Of a stretch of DNA of 64,000 bases, positions 25,521 through 39,619 are shown one piece after another. The notes beneath the pieces are model-generated. The model did not search any database, was not told the DNA's origin, and worked only from the letters and a program-made list of their open reading frames with translations. The position numbers and the translations under genes were made by a program. Position 1 is the first letter of the stretch; the number at the start of each line of letters is the position of its first letter. Source of the DNA: Octopus sinensis (Eukaryota); the NCBI RefSeq assembly GCF_006345805.1, contig NC_043000.1, forward strand, positions 12,710,001 through 12,774,000. Direction: 5' to 3'.

Positions 25521-28115
25521 TTGTTGTGGTTGCTTAATAGTCCCATGCCATCCCTGACCGTGCAGGTCTATTATAAAAGACATTCCAGTCGTGATCATCA
25601 TGTTTACCTCTTCCCACCCCCACCCCCGCTGAGGTAGTGTACTTAGAACTACATTATCTATATTTGTTCTCGTTCTCCCTCTGTCTGTCTGTCTATCTCT
25701 CTCCCTCTCTCCCCCTGTCTGTCTCTCTAAATCACTCTCTCTGTTTCTCTCTCAAGAATGGGTGTGATTTGAGGGAAATTTGGTTGTTGTTTCTAGCAGG
25801 TCTTGAGACCACGAAGAAGTTCCATCGCCGTCTCGAAGTAAAGATGATGTAGTTAGTTAAGATTCCAATACACCTTCACACAGTTCCAATTTAGTTCAAA
25901 TCTCGAAATGTTACAGAGCAGAGCATTCCACTATCACAGTAGATCAACACACACATACACACGCACACACGCACGCATACACACAATTACCAAAGAATTT
26001 TGACAGTTGGAACTGTCAACATTCGCCGGCAGTGAATTACACATACGTGCACACACACACATACACCCACACATACGTACGCAAGTACGCACCACACACA
26101 CACACACACACGAGGACATACAAAGGATACATACACAAACATATGCACATATTCACACACACATAAGCATACAAAGATACATACACAGACATTTAGATAC
26201 ATTCACACATATATACATACATACATACATTTTTTTCTTTAGAACAGCATCGCCAAAATTGCTACCAGCACCACCACTACCACGCAAATGCAGTACCACT
26301 AATACTACCACAGTAACACCGATACAACTACAGTATTAATGTAGTAGTACCACTAACTAACAGTATCACACAGCAATACCGATACTACTCCAACACTACA
26401 CTAATACATATACCAGCAACAGAAGGCCTCAGAGTGGTTTCTCGATCTGCTAGAAATGACAGCAAAACCTTCCTCAATTCACACACACACACACACACAC
26501 ACGTCAGTGTCGAGAATAAGGAAGTGGATACGTAAGACGATGTGGTCCAAGTCAGAATTTAGCATTAAAAAGATATTTGATTGGAGACGGTTAGAATGTA
26601 TTTGGAGATAGATCTGTTCGATAAGGGTCAGGTTAGGGTTATCGATCTACTAGAAATGGCAGAAGAACCTTCCTCAATCCACACACACACTCATTCACAC
26701 CACCGTCTGGAATAAGGAAAGGACACTAGACAATGTAGCAGCCCCCGTTAGCATTTAGCATTAAAAAGATGTGATTGATTGGTGGCGGCTGGAATGAAAG
26801 GTCTATTCGATCAGGGTCAGCTCAGGGTTAAACGACAACATTTCATATTAGTACATCTAACAACACTGCTACCGACAACAACAGCACCAGCAACTACAAC
26901 ATCAAAATATTCTATTAATATATATATCCTTGTCAAAACATTACTATCATCACGCTGACGCAATGTCATCGAGGGAGCTTTTTTCTTCTACGTAGTCATT
27001 TTATTTAATCTGCTCGATGTAACAAGAATCTTCAACGAAATCTTTAAAAAGAACTCCCTTACTGTCTTTCGTGAAAAGAGAATTTTAGAATTACATGCCT
27101 CACAATGTAGACAGAATGGCCACGGCTAAAACATTGATCACTCGAATAATAGGATTTTGACGCCAAACTGACACACTAAACGAGCCTTACATATTACCAG
27201 ACATGTAAGACTCGTTCGTTAGTTTTTGAACGGAACGGCTGTATGTAATCTACGGATTTTCACCAAAGCTGACCTAGGCTTTTCTAAAACAGGACAGACC
27301 CCCAACAGCATATCACCGACATCCCTTCCAACGCGACATAACCACCACAATTCATCAACCCATTAAGCTACTATTATTACGATTATCGCCACACTCCATC
27401 ACCACTCTCCCAACACTCCCATGCGTTGAATGATTTTGGGAAGGGAGAAATAAATATTAAGCCATTATTGTTATTACAGAGCGACGGAATAAATACTTTG
27501 CGGTATTTGTTCCGGCTCATTACGTTCTAAGTTCAATCCCGCCGAGATCAAATTTTTCTTTCATCCCTGCGGGGTCGATAAAAGTAATTACCCGTTGGGG
27601 GGTCGATAGTATAGACTAACCACACTCAAAATTGCTTGTCTTGTGCCAAAATTAGAAGCCACTGTTATTTATTATAGAGCGTCGGTATAAATGCCTTGTG
27701 GTATTTCTTCCGGTTCTTAACATTTTAAGTTCAACCCCACCCGAGGTCAACTTTACCTTTCACTCCTCTGAGGTCGATAAAATTAAATACTAAGTCAAGC
27801 ACTGGAGTCGATGGTATCGATTGATCCCCTCCCCTCAAAAATTACTAGCCCTGTGCCTAATATAAAAACAATTATTATTATATTATCATTAGAACATTAT
27901 AAGCACAACGCGCATCAAAGCTGACATTTTTTATTTTTATTAATTTTATAGAGGAAATGGATGGTTGCAGTATTCATGCCTTTATCAAGAACATCAACGA
28001 AGTAGTAAAAGAAAGAAAAAAGTAGAAAAAAAAAGACAGAAAGAAAAAGGCTTGAATGAGATTCAAAATCTCGTCGCTATTAATATTGATTTCTCTGAGG
28101 CAGAGGACCACATAC

Positions 28116-28150
<35 letters not shown>

Positions 28151-28905
28151 GGAGGAGACGAGCTCATTCAAGTCAACTGACTTCAACTGGGAATCGAAGC
28201 CGACTAACAGATACTCTAGTTCATAAAAATAGTGAATTCCTACATAGAAACGAGACAAGAAATTTTAGGAGTAAGGCTTTTAGTTTTGGATCCAGTACTT
28301 ATAGACCGCAAAGGGATAAGGATCAAAATTTGGTCCGTGGGAACCACAAATTTGTAGCGAAGAGGAATTTAGCCACGAATCCTTTGAATTCATTAACTGC
28401 AGTTATTTTTATCGACTCAAGAGGGATATAGTTTGAATTCGGAACATTGTGAGGATATTATTGTAAAATTTAGTTCGGTGTTGTACGTTTTCTGCTATTC
28501 CACACCTCAGCAATAATAATCCTTTTCTACTACAGGCACAAGGTCCGAAATTTTGGGGGAGGGGGGGGCTAGGCGATTACATTGACCCCAGGACTCAAAA
28601 GGTACTTATTTCATCGACCCTGAAAGGATGAAGGGCAACGTCTACCTCAGCGGTCCCCTAATAGCAATACTTATTATCTTTATTATATTTTATTTTTAAA
28701 AATTGATAATTATAATTGTTTCTGATTTAGACAGAAGGCCAGCAATTTAGAAAGAAGGTCGGTCGATACCATTGCCTCCTGTACTTGACTGGTACTTTTT
28801 TTTATCGACTCAAAAAGGATGAAAGTTAAAGTTGACCTCGCCGGGAATTGAACTGAGAAAATAAACAACCGGGTCAATGTCGCAAGGATAATAATAATAA
28901 TAATA

Positions 28906-28936
<31 letters not shown>

Positions 28937-28940
<4 letters not shown>

Positions 28941-29494
28941 GCCCTGATGCAGTACCAGGCAGTGGCTTTCATGGCTTCTGATCTTAACTGATTGGAAGTG
29001 TTATCATGTACATTGTTTTGTCTTGGTATAAAAGATGGGCTACAGCAAATATTCTGCTCAATACCACAGATTTGCTTGTCAGTTGTTTGACCTTAACCAG
29101 TTGAGCATGTCCCTTAGTGGCTGACGATATGTGCATCTCTGATCACGAGCAGAAGTAGTGGGGGAGCATCATAGCCATGTGTTGAGAAGGATTCTTTGGG
29201 GTTTGAATAATTCACCTCTGGAAACATGGGTGTTTCGTTCAACGTCCTTAAATAAACCTTATTCAGGGACCTTTTGAGTGGGATGGGTTACTCGATCTGA
29301 AGAAAATTCTAACTGGGCTCCACCTGCAAGGTCATGTGCTGTTTATCTTGATATGAGATCACCATGTCGCGCACATATGGTTGTGATGCATGTGCCTGGT
29401 GTACCCTTATCAGACGGGTAGTCATGATGGGTATACTGGGCTTCGTATATTTTACCCCAGTGTCACTTTGATGGCATGCTCTGCTCGCTCACTC
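28937..29494 (+). mobile_element. Non-LTR element 3' region inserted in (TAA)n (Dong/R4-like)
   Basis: A ~560-bp complex block flanked on both sides by long (AAT)n. TAA-repeat targeting is a known property of Dong elements. There is no ORF here, so the clade call is inference. Confidence 0.5.
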
Positions 29495-29526
<32 letters not shown>

Positions 29527-30342
29527 GGCGAGCTGGCAGAAACGTTAGCGCGCCGGGCGAAATGCTTAGCGGTATTTCATCTGTCGTTACGTTCTGAGTT
29601 CAAATTCCGCCGAGGTCGACTTTGCCTTTCATCCTTCAGGGGTCGATAAATAAAGTAACAGTTTCGCACTGGGGTCGATGTAATTGACTTAATCCCTTTG
29701 TGTGTCCTTGTTTGTCTCTTCTATGTTTAGCCCCTTGTGAGCAGTAAAGAAATATATAATAATAATAATAATCCTTTCTATCAAAGGCACAAGGCCTGAA
29801 ATTTGGGGGAGGGTGTAGTCGATTATATCAACCTCAGTACTCCACTGGTACTTAATAATTTATCGACCCTGAAAGGATTGAAAGGCAAAATCGACTTCAG
29901 CAGGAATTAAAACACAGTAAGTTAACTCTCGGAACAATGTCGCAAGGCTTAATAATGATAACAACGATAAATGTTCTGCAAACCTTATTAAATACAGTTT
30001 TAATAAAGTTTAATTAGCGACGATGTCGAGTCAAAAGCGTGAAGTCTAAAATACGTCAAGAGCTATACAATACTGTCTGGCACACCGATGTTATGAACTC
30101 ACGACACGGGAATTTAAGCAATATCTTGAGTAATGTAAGCACATTTCTACTTGAGTCGTTGTAGATTTTATGAGAGATTTGTAATGAATGATACATGGTT
30201 CTCATATCAGGACACTGCAACTCGCGCGCGTATGCACACACGCACGCGACAGATCGATAAAAGAAAAATTATAAACAAACATAAACACAGTAAATGCATA
30301 CTTCTCTCTATTTTACATACATACACACACACATATATACAT

Positions 30343-30376
<34 letters not shown>

Positions 30377-33300
30377 ACACACACATATATATATATATGT
30401 ATATACATACACACACACATATATACATACATACACACACACTCATATATATATACATACATACATATACATACACATATATACATACACACACATACAT
30501 ACACATATATACATACACACACATATATACACATACACACACATATATACACATACACACACATATATATATACATACATACACACATATATATAATTAC
30601 TTACATACACACACATATATATATACATACACACACATATATATATACATACACACACATATATATATACATACACACACACATATATACATACATACAC
30701 ACACACATATATATATATATACATACATACACACGCACACACGTATATACATACACACACACACACGTATATACATACACACACACACACGTATATACAT
30801 ACACACACACATATATCACAGCTGTATATATTCTATTTATGTTTGTAAATTTTTAAAATCTGTGTGTGTACATATAATTACACACACACAAATTCATAAT
30901 GTGAGGATGTTTATATATACACGTCACACACAAGTATATATGCATACACATGGGTAATGTAAAGGTATTTATGTCATGTCATATATATATATATATATGT
31001 ATGTCATGGAAGTGACAAGTTCAAAAGAACATTGCCAGGCGACTTAGGAGTGTGGAACAAAAAGCAGAATCTGAGATTCAAGATTCAAGATAGTTGCGTC
31101 TAACTCAAGGTTATGGATTAAAATTTAAACCCACCCACAAACTTATGTGTTTGTATTGCACACACACACACACACACGCACGCACGTGTTTGTGTGTGTG
31201 TCGTAGACCATATTACGCGATCAGTGATGTTATGAGACATGGATAATGTAGGGCCCAGATTATTGAGTACTGAAATATTTGTGCTGTTTCTAGATCGAGT
31301 CCTTCATTCCACTTGGTTGCAAACTCAAAAACATACACGCATGAGCGAATACGTGCGTGTGTGGCCAACGTCCAGATATGTAAAAACAAGATATAATTAA
31401 TTATATTACGAATATATGTATATGTATTTATAGTCATGGTGTGTGTATAAACAAACATTAAATCAACACTCACTTATTTAAAAAGAAAAATTTTTTAAAT
31501 TCAAAACCATGAAACTGTTTTTCGTTACACTTTTTTTCTCTGTCGGAAATAGTTGTACAATGACAATTCTTTAATAACAAAATTATTATGTAATAATAAG
31601 GACATTAAACCACAATTAAATACCAACAACTTATACACCCCACCTATGGATAATTATATTAATTAGAGTGACAAGGGGAAATGTGGGTTGCTGTTGTGTG
31701 TCAGATAAGGTCAGTTGTATTGTAAAGTTGAGGGTTGTGTAACATGGTTTTAATGAGTGGGGGGTCGTATGCTAGTGGTGCGTGGATGCAGTTTGTGTAG
31801 AAGGACTAATGATTGTGTAATGGTATGTTGTTAGTTGTGAAGTGGTTGTGAGGTAGTGTTGTTGGACATAGTTGTATGTTAGTGAGTAGGTGGTCGTGTG
31901 AATAGTTTGTGGTAGTGTTGTTGTTGTTATTGCTATTATCTAACCCCGAATCAGTAGTAACCACCTCGTCTTTTCTTAAATATATCTCGGATTACATTAG
32001 CCAACGTGTCCTTCCGATTTTCAAACGATAGGATGTGATTTGTGGGGAGTTGGTTTCTACTTAAGCGACCCCGCAGTGACATCTTCGTTTGTTTGTGTAG
32101 CAATGTTTGTGGTTATAGTTTGTATTCATGGTAGTATAGAAATGCTAGTGTTGGCTGTGGTAGTTGTGGTGGTATACATGGTAGCATAATAATGTTAGTA
32201 TTTGTGACAGCAGTTGTGTGGCAGTGTTGGTGCTTGCAGCGTTATATGAGGTAATAATGATGGTATCTGAAGCAGTATTTGTGTGGTACTGTTAGTGATT
32301 AAGGTGGTATACATGGTAGTGTAATTGTTAGTGTTTACAGTATAAGTTGTGCAGTTATAAGTTGGCGGTTATAGAAAGAAATAGCCGAGTGATAGTGGTG
32401 TTGGATATGGCTGTTTGGTCGTCAGGGCCGATAAGGAGCAGATCTATAATCAAAAGTGTTCCAAACGTTATCATCTTTCTTTTCACTGTGCATCTAAGAT
32501 TACACTACCCAATAAGTTCTTCCTGTTTTAAGACGGTAGTACACGATCTGAAGGGAATTTGATGTTAATATCGTTATCCTAACCTCCAGTTAGATCCGAT
32601 CGTGGAAACCTGTGATTATCAAATGCATTCCAGCCACAGCTATCGCCGTCTCTTATTCAGGCATACGTTTACCTAGGTCTACATTATCAAACGTGCCCTT
32701 CCTTCCTTCCTTCCTTCTTCAGACGATAAGTGTGTGATCAGAGGGAAATTTCTCTGCTAATTCTAGCAAATCAAGCGACCACGGAGAAACCTCGCGCGTA
32801 AGAAACCTAGTATTGTTTACCGTAGTGTGATTGTTATACTGTAGTGGTATTAGTGGCGGTTGCAAAGTGGTTATATCTGCATTGTAGTGGTTTTTGGTTA
32901 GTGGTTATACTACAGTTATGATGTTGGCGGGTGTATTGTATAGCTTAAGTGTTGAATTTTGTCAGTGGTGATGCAACGTAGTAGTAGTAGTAATGATAGT
33001 GTTGTTGTGAAAGCGGTAATGTTGTAGTGGTGACAACAGTAACAGCCAGTGCAGTAGTAATTGCGCTAGTACTGTTAATGATAGTGGATAGCATTGATTG
33101 TAGTAGTAGTAGTTGTAGTAGTAGTATGATGTGATAGTATCGTTTGTAGTATTGTGAAGAATGTTGCGTTGGTTGTAGCATGGTGCAGTAGGTACGTAGT
33201 TGTGTTGGCTGTAGTATGATGCTAGTTTGTTGTATTGGACGCAGAAAAGATATCAGTGGTGGTGGTTGATGTGTAGTTTTGGTGGTTGTGCTGGTAAGAA

Positions 33301-33614
33301 GTAGTAGTAGTAGAAGAGTGTCGATGGTTAAGCTAGTAATAGTAGTAGTAGTAATAGTAATATACTGGTGGTTATTAATGATGGCGGTTGGTAGTGGTAG
33401 TATGTTGGTTGTAGTAGGTATCGGCGGTAGTGTTGACATGGTAGACAGTATGATGTCAATAGTAGTGTTTAAGTAATAGTAGCTGTAGTAGTCATAATAA
33501 TAATAATATACTGGATATATTAATTATAGCTATGTACAAAAATTGTTGGTGATATTGAAAGAGGCAGCAATTGTGTGGGAATAGTTGTTGTTGTTGTTGT
33601 TGTTGATTTTGTTG

Positions 33615-33830
33615 TTTAACCCCGGGTTACCTCTGAAAGAGCAGAACTATGATCAAAGGTACTTCAACCATGATTACCCTGTCTTTTAGGAGGATCATAA
33701 GAGTGTATTGTTATCTAATGTATGTCCTGTCCTAACCTAATACAACAAGACAGTAGTAACGTGTGATATATGCAATTTGAAGGGTATTTGGCTGTTATTT
33801 CTAACAGGTCGAACGACCATATAGAGGATT
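33615..33830 (+). repeat. Ancient ~250-bp interspersed repeat family
   Basis: A recurrent motif gatttgagggaaatttggctgctatttctagcagg with upstream ctatgatcaaagg..ttccagcc. Diverged copies at ~25530-25830, 26420-26840 (-), 31940-32090, 32420-32790, 36850-37030, 45200-45410 (-), 55520-55670 and 56040-56260. Confidence 0.55.
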
Positions 33831-34117
33831 TATATAATTGGCTCGTAGTTGTAGGTGGTATTGGTGATAAATTAAGTACCAGTTACGCACTGTGGTCGAT
33901 GTAATCGACTTAATACCTATGTCTGTCCTTGTTTGTCCCCCTCTATGTTTAGCCCCTTGTGGGTAATAAAGAAATAGGTATTGGTGTTGGTAGTGGGTGT
34001 ACTTGTAATAATGCGGTGATAGTGATGCTGTTAATATTAGTCTTCATGTTGGTTTTGGTGTTGGTAGGTGTATACATTGAAGTAATTATGGTCAGAGCGA
34101 TGATGATAGTTGCTTAC

Positions 34118-34243
34118 CTCTTCCAGGCCAGAGATGGTATTTTTGCAGAGAGGCATTCTTGAAACAAAGGTGGAGGTTGTCGGCGAATGGTAATCGTCCC
34201 ACGTCTCCCGTAAAAATTCGGACACAGTTATATTTTCAGGCAT
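34118..34243 (-). CDS. ASAP: First coding exon of an ArfGAP with SH3 domain, ankyrin repeat and PH domain (ASAP family; N-terminus preceding/entering the BAR domain)
   Basis: Translates as MPENITVSEFLRETWDDYHSPTTSTFVSRMPLCKNTISGLEE, which I recognise as matching the ASAP N-terminus (vertebrate ASAP2 MPDQISVSEFVAET...PTASSF...CRNTVAAIEE). ATG at 34243 has A at -3. The exon ends GAG|GTAAGC (phase 0 donor) after exactly 42 codons. The ORF track reads on into the intron. Confidence 0.93.
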
Positions 34244-34938
34244 TATGTCGGAGTGTGTGTTTTTCTTTTTTTTTTCTATTCCTTTCTTTTTGTCCCCTTT
34301 TTTGGTTTTTTTTTTTTTTTAGTAAGCCAAAGAAAAAGAAAAGAGGGCGGTGTTGTTATGAACAGTTTCTTGAAGGGTTCCTACTGCTGACAGTGCCGTT
34401 CTTCTTGTAGTTATTATAAATGTTCAAATCGTTATTTAATGTTGCTGTTATTATTATAATTATTATTATTATTATTATTAATAGTAGTACTACAAGTAGT
34501 AATAAGGGTTGGTCTCGTGTTTATTGTTACTACTGGAGCTGTCCTTTATCACAAGCACACTCTATAAAGACCCTTCTGCTGCTACTATTGCTCTTACACT
34601 GTTTCTCGATGTGGTAGCAGTAGTACCACAACTACTACTTGTATTGCAGTAGCAGCAGCAGTGGGGACAGTGGTAGTAGTAGTAGTAGTAGTAGCAGCAG
34701 CAGTAGTATTCATAGTAGTAGTAGTATTAGTAGTAGTAGTTTCTCTTTTCGTCTGTCGCAGTTGTAATCTTATTCTTGGTTTACTGCTCTTTCTCGATAT
34801 TTTATCATTTTATCTATTTAAATGGCTCGGAATAATTAAATTATATATATATATATACACACACACATACATGCATATATAAATATATATACATACATAC
34901 ATACATATTAATATGTTTATATACAGTTTATATATGTA

Positions 34939-34985
<47 letters not shown>

Positions 34986-35187
34986 AATATGCTTATAGAT
35001 GTACACACACACAGACACACACGCGCGCGCACGCACACACACATGTAACGGTACATACATGCGTGTGTATGTGTGTGACAATATTTTATTAACTTGAGTT
35101 ACTCGGTGATCTTGAGTTTCGTGCTCGTATTTTTGGTACGAAACTGTAGGTCACTGAGTAACTTTGCTCCACAATTCTCAACTCACA

Positions 35188-35222
<35 letters not shown>

Positions 35223-35304
35223 TTATACATTGTGTGTATGTGTGTGTTTGTGTGTGTGTGTGTGTGTGTGTACGTACGCGTGTGAATGCTTTCATATATA
35301 TATA

Positions 35305-35497
35305 TACTGCACGCATTTTTTTTCTCTCCTTCTTTCTGTGTTTTTCTCTCTCTGTGTATCTTTCTGTTGAAGAGCGTAGGCTCGAAACGTTAAAGACTTG
35401 TTTTATTTATATTTCCTGAGCGCCATACTAATACAATTGTTCGTTTGTTTTCCACCTGCCTTCGTCTTTTGTTTATTTTCATAAAGCTTCCCGTTAT
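35305..35497 (+). mobile_element. ~190-bp (TA)n-associated element carrying a non-canonical HHR-like motif (35359-35396)
   Basis: Homologous copies at 39620-39760 (+), 41684-41873 (-) and 59184-59370 (-) share the ctttctgYYgaagagcgtaggctcgaaa core. The 3' end abuts (TA)n. Confidence 0.7.
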
Positions 35498-35536
35498 ATA
35501 TATATATATATATATATACATATATATATTCTAGCA

Positions 35537-35583
35537 AAAACTGTCTGATGAACGGCAACGAGAAACTCAGAGTAACAGATTTT
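35537..35583 (+). ncRNA. Type I minimal hammerhead motif, same family as 7922-7967
   Basis: AAAACUGU-CUGAUGA-ACG(GCAA)CGA-GAAA-CUC(A)GAGU-A-ACAGAUUU, then ...ctgctttAAATAAAg homologous to the 7890-7920 flank. Embedded in (TA)n. Confidence 0.75.
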
Positions 35584-35610
35584 GTTGAATTTTCTGCTGC
35601 TTTAAATAAA

Positions 35611-35661
<51 letters not shown>

Positions 35662-36189
35662 TTGATTGATTCATGAAACAAATTTAGACAAAAAAATTAA
35701 AAAATACAACAGAAACAAGAGCAGCAATAAAAAAAAAATTACAAACTCAAGTAAAGAAGAAAAAAAAGAAGGAAAAAAAAGAAGAAAAAAAAAGGAAAAC
35801 TTTCAAGCAAAAATCAATTGCAGGTTTATGTATTAAAATGCTATTATGCCGTGTATCTGTGGAATTTGTTTTATTTTGTTGTTGTTCTAGAAATCTTCCA
35901 TGGCTTTTTTCTTTTTTTTTTTTTCTATTTTAAATGTCGAAATCTAATTTTTATTCCTTGATGGACCTACTTATTTACTTCATTTGTTTATTATCATTTA
36001 TTATATATCATTAATAATAATTTTTTTTCTTTTCGTTATTAATAATTATTACAGTTTATTATTACTGTGTTCCATAGGTTTTTTTTTTTTTAGTGACGTT
36101 AGAGAAAGCTGGTGGCTGTCGTTGTCTTTATTGTTTAGTTCGTTGTTGATGTGGTTGTTGTAGGAGTTGGAAATGCTAATCTCTTTCCT

Positions 36190-36221
<32 letters not shown>

Positions 36222-36526
36222 TGTCTGCTGTTTCTCTCTCTCTCTCTCTTTCTCTCTTCCTCTCTCTCTCTCTCTCCCGCTCTCTCTCTCTCTTTATTAT
36301 GGAATGTTGGCAGCACCGTGCCTTTCATGTCCTTAGTTCGTCTCTTCTTTTGTCGTTAAACATAATATATTATGTATACACACGTTTAAATATATATATA
36401 TATATATATACATACAGAGAGAGATGTACACGCCCCCCACACACATACACACAAACCACACGCTTTATATATATACGTACATACATACACACACACACCA
36501 CACATCCCACACACCCACACCACCAC

Positions 36527-36576
<50 letters not shown>

Positions 36577-36635
36577 ATACACAGAGAATTAATACAAATC
36601 ACACGTTAGATAGATAGATAGATAGATAGACAGAC

Positions 36636-36684
<49 letters not shown>

Positions 36685-37039
36685 CACGGACACACACATA
36701 TACGCGCGCACACACAAACACACACAACCCACAGACCGTCTGCAGTGCTGCTTGCTTTTGGTAGACTACCACTATCGCTACAACTAATACTATTTAGATA
36801 ATTAGTACCAATACAGCTACTACTGATTGATGTACTTGGTTGTTGTTATTGTTCAGAAAAACCTGTAATCTCAGATCATTCCTGCCGTGACTATCCCGTC
36901 TTGTTAATATCTGCGACATTATCTAAAATGCTCTTTCCTTTTGATAGACAAGTAGGATGTGATTTAAAGGAAATTTGGCTGCTATTTCTAGCATGTTAAA
37001 AGATTACATAGAGGCTCCCTCATTGGTTCGGGATCAACA

Positions 37040-37164
37040 TTTTTCTTTTCTTTTACACACACACACACTCTCTCTCTCTCTTTAATTCTCTCTTTCCTTT
37101 TCTTTTACGATGCCACTTGACTATTGCTCTCTCTCTCTCTCTCTCTTTTCTTTCTTCCTTTCTT

Positions 37165-37196
<32 letters not shown>

Positions 37197-38004
37197 AGGA
37201 CAATTCTACGTTTCACCACTACTATTCCTTTATTCCACTGCTACTGGCTCTGATGTTGCTACAACCTCTTATTCTCTCTCTCTCTCCATTTTCTCCTTCT
37301 TTCTCTCCCTTTTCGCTTTCTTTCTCCGTTTTCTCTTATCCCCACTTTACTCTATATTTCTTTCTCCTTCTCTTTTCTCTTTCTCCTTCTCTGTTTTTCA
37401 CTTTTCCTCACCCATATGTGTCCTCTTTCCCTCCGTCATTTCTTTTAATACCTCTTTTTTTCTCTCTCTCTCTCTTTCTCACTTCAATCTACTTCATATC
37501 TCCCTCCCTCCCTCTTACTCTCTGTCTCACACACACACACTCGCACACTTGCTCACACACACACACACACACCACACTCACACTCGGCGCGCTTTATCAC
37601 TTCACTCCTACTTGTCATTTGTGATTCCCCTCTCCTATAATAATTACTTTGTTTATCTCTCTTCTCAATGGAAGCTAGGTATTTTCCATTTCTTCGTCCA
37701 CTTGACTTAACCTTTCTCCGTCTTTTCCCTATCACACCTTTTCAACCTGTCACAATTCTTTCACATGGCTTCCCGCCACACCATCGCTTCTTACCACCTT
37801 TTTCTTCCTTTCACTCTCTCTCTTTCTCTCTATATTTCTTTCTCTTTCTCTCTTTTCTCCCCTCCCTCTCGCTCATAACCCCAACTTTATCCACCTGTCT
37901 TATCTTTCCTCCTTCTCGCTCTTTGAACACACCCCTTCCATTTCTGTCTCTGCCTATCACCCTCATGTCACATCATGGCATTTTGTCTTTCCCTTCTTTC
38001 TCTT

Positions 38005-38053
<49 letters not shown>

Positions 38054-38570
38054 CTTCCTCTCCCTTATTGACTAAGCCCATATATATATATTCATACATA
38101 TATCTTCTTTTTCTTCCTTATCACATCACCGTACATACTCTCTCTACCTCTCTTTTTCTATATCTCCCTCTTTATCTCTTTTGCTCCCTTATCACTTCCT
38201 ACTCGCTTATCTTAGTCTTTCCCTCTCGCCATCTCCCTCCTTTACCACATCATTTCCACCTGCCCCCCCCCACTCTCTCTCTCTCTCTCCCTCCCTATCT
38301 CTATCTATCTACCTATCTATATATCTCAGTCTCTTTCTCTCCTTCCTCCCCAGACATTTTGGCCTACGCTGCCATATTACTCCATTTCATTGTTCTTGTT
38401 GCTCTTCATTGCTTTTTTTTTCTTTTCCTTACAGTCAAGACGACCAGACGACACACATTATCTCAATTTCACACTCTCCTTATTTCGTTCTCCCTCTTAC
38501 CTCTACTTTCTCTGATATTTTTTCTAACACTTTCTTTATCTTTCTCTTTCTCACTCTCCCCTGCTTCCTG
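37040..38570. repeat. ~1.5-kb pyrimidine-rich (CT) low-complexity tract
   Basis: The plus strand is almost devoid of G. A purine-rich tract of the opposite polarity lies at 19200-19750. Confidence 0.85.
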
Positions 38571-39619
38571 ATCGTATTCCCTGCCGCATCTCTCTACGAA
38601 CACTGATTCTATTATTGTAAGTAATAATAATCACGATTATTAAATATATAGTAGCATCTGTTCGGTGGTCAGATTAAATGGCCACCGATCGGAACTATTT
38701 TAAATCTCACGTTCGATTCGCCAAAGATGTTCTTCATCTTTTCTGTGTCTACTGACAGTGAGGTATCCCGTTGGAACTGGGACGCTCAAAAGCCTTGTCG
38801 GCATATGCGGACGACGTCACCGTTAATAGCGTTTAGACACTAGGGAAGTCGGAATTGTCGACATCGTTCTAAAAGAATACAAGGTGATCACAGAAGCAAT
38901 AAACCTACTCTAACAAGTCGATGGGCCTACAGCTCGGTATCTGAAAACTGAAGTTCATACCGCAGGCCAGCGTCGCGGGGATACCGCACTGTGGACGGAC
39001 CGGTTAAGCTGTTTTCGATCTGTTTTGACCCAGACCTCCAAATGGATAGAAAGTGGAACGACCAGGTTATGTACAGTTTGACCAGTTTCACTCACAAATG
39101 GGCTGAGAGGAAGCTATCTTTGAAAAGTCAGGCAGAGGGAACGAATGCGTAAATAGTCCAGTAGCGTAACTGATACGGTGGGCGATCTACCTAGGACGGC
39201 GCTTATATGGAACAGCACTTTTGGGTCTGTTGCATAAGCCTGTATAGGGAGTAGAGAAGAAAAATTCAAGGGCTGCCTTGGGCGGCACCCAGTCTAGCAA
39301 GCCACTGACGTGGTGCTCCAGGTCTCGTCTTACAAGATTGGAACGTCAAATCTTTCGCTTGTTACCCCCACGTAAGTTATAATAAAACACGCCACTAACA
39401 AAAGATGTTCCGTCTGTGATCTTGCAATTTTAGTTATTTATATGCGCAAGCATGTCTGAGTTGTTAAGAAGCTTGCTTCTGAACCATGTGGTCTTGGATT
39501 CAGTGCCACTACGCGGCACCTTCAGCAATTTTCTTCTATAGCCAACGCCGGGCCATCCAAAGCCTCGCGAGTGGATTTGGTAGGCGGAAACTCTGAAATC
39601 TAGTTGTGTGTGTGTATTC

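Noticed and set aside
39159-39307. Small element with CAGT(A/G)GC-type termini as a hAT MITE
   Set aside because: The TIRs are short and degenerate with no matching TSD, so it is mentioned only as a nested insertion.
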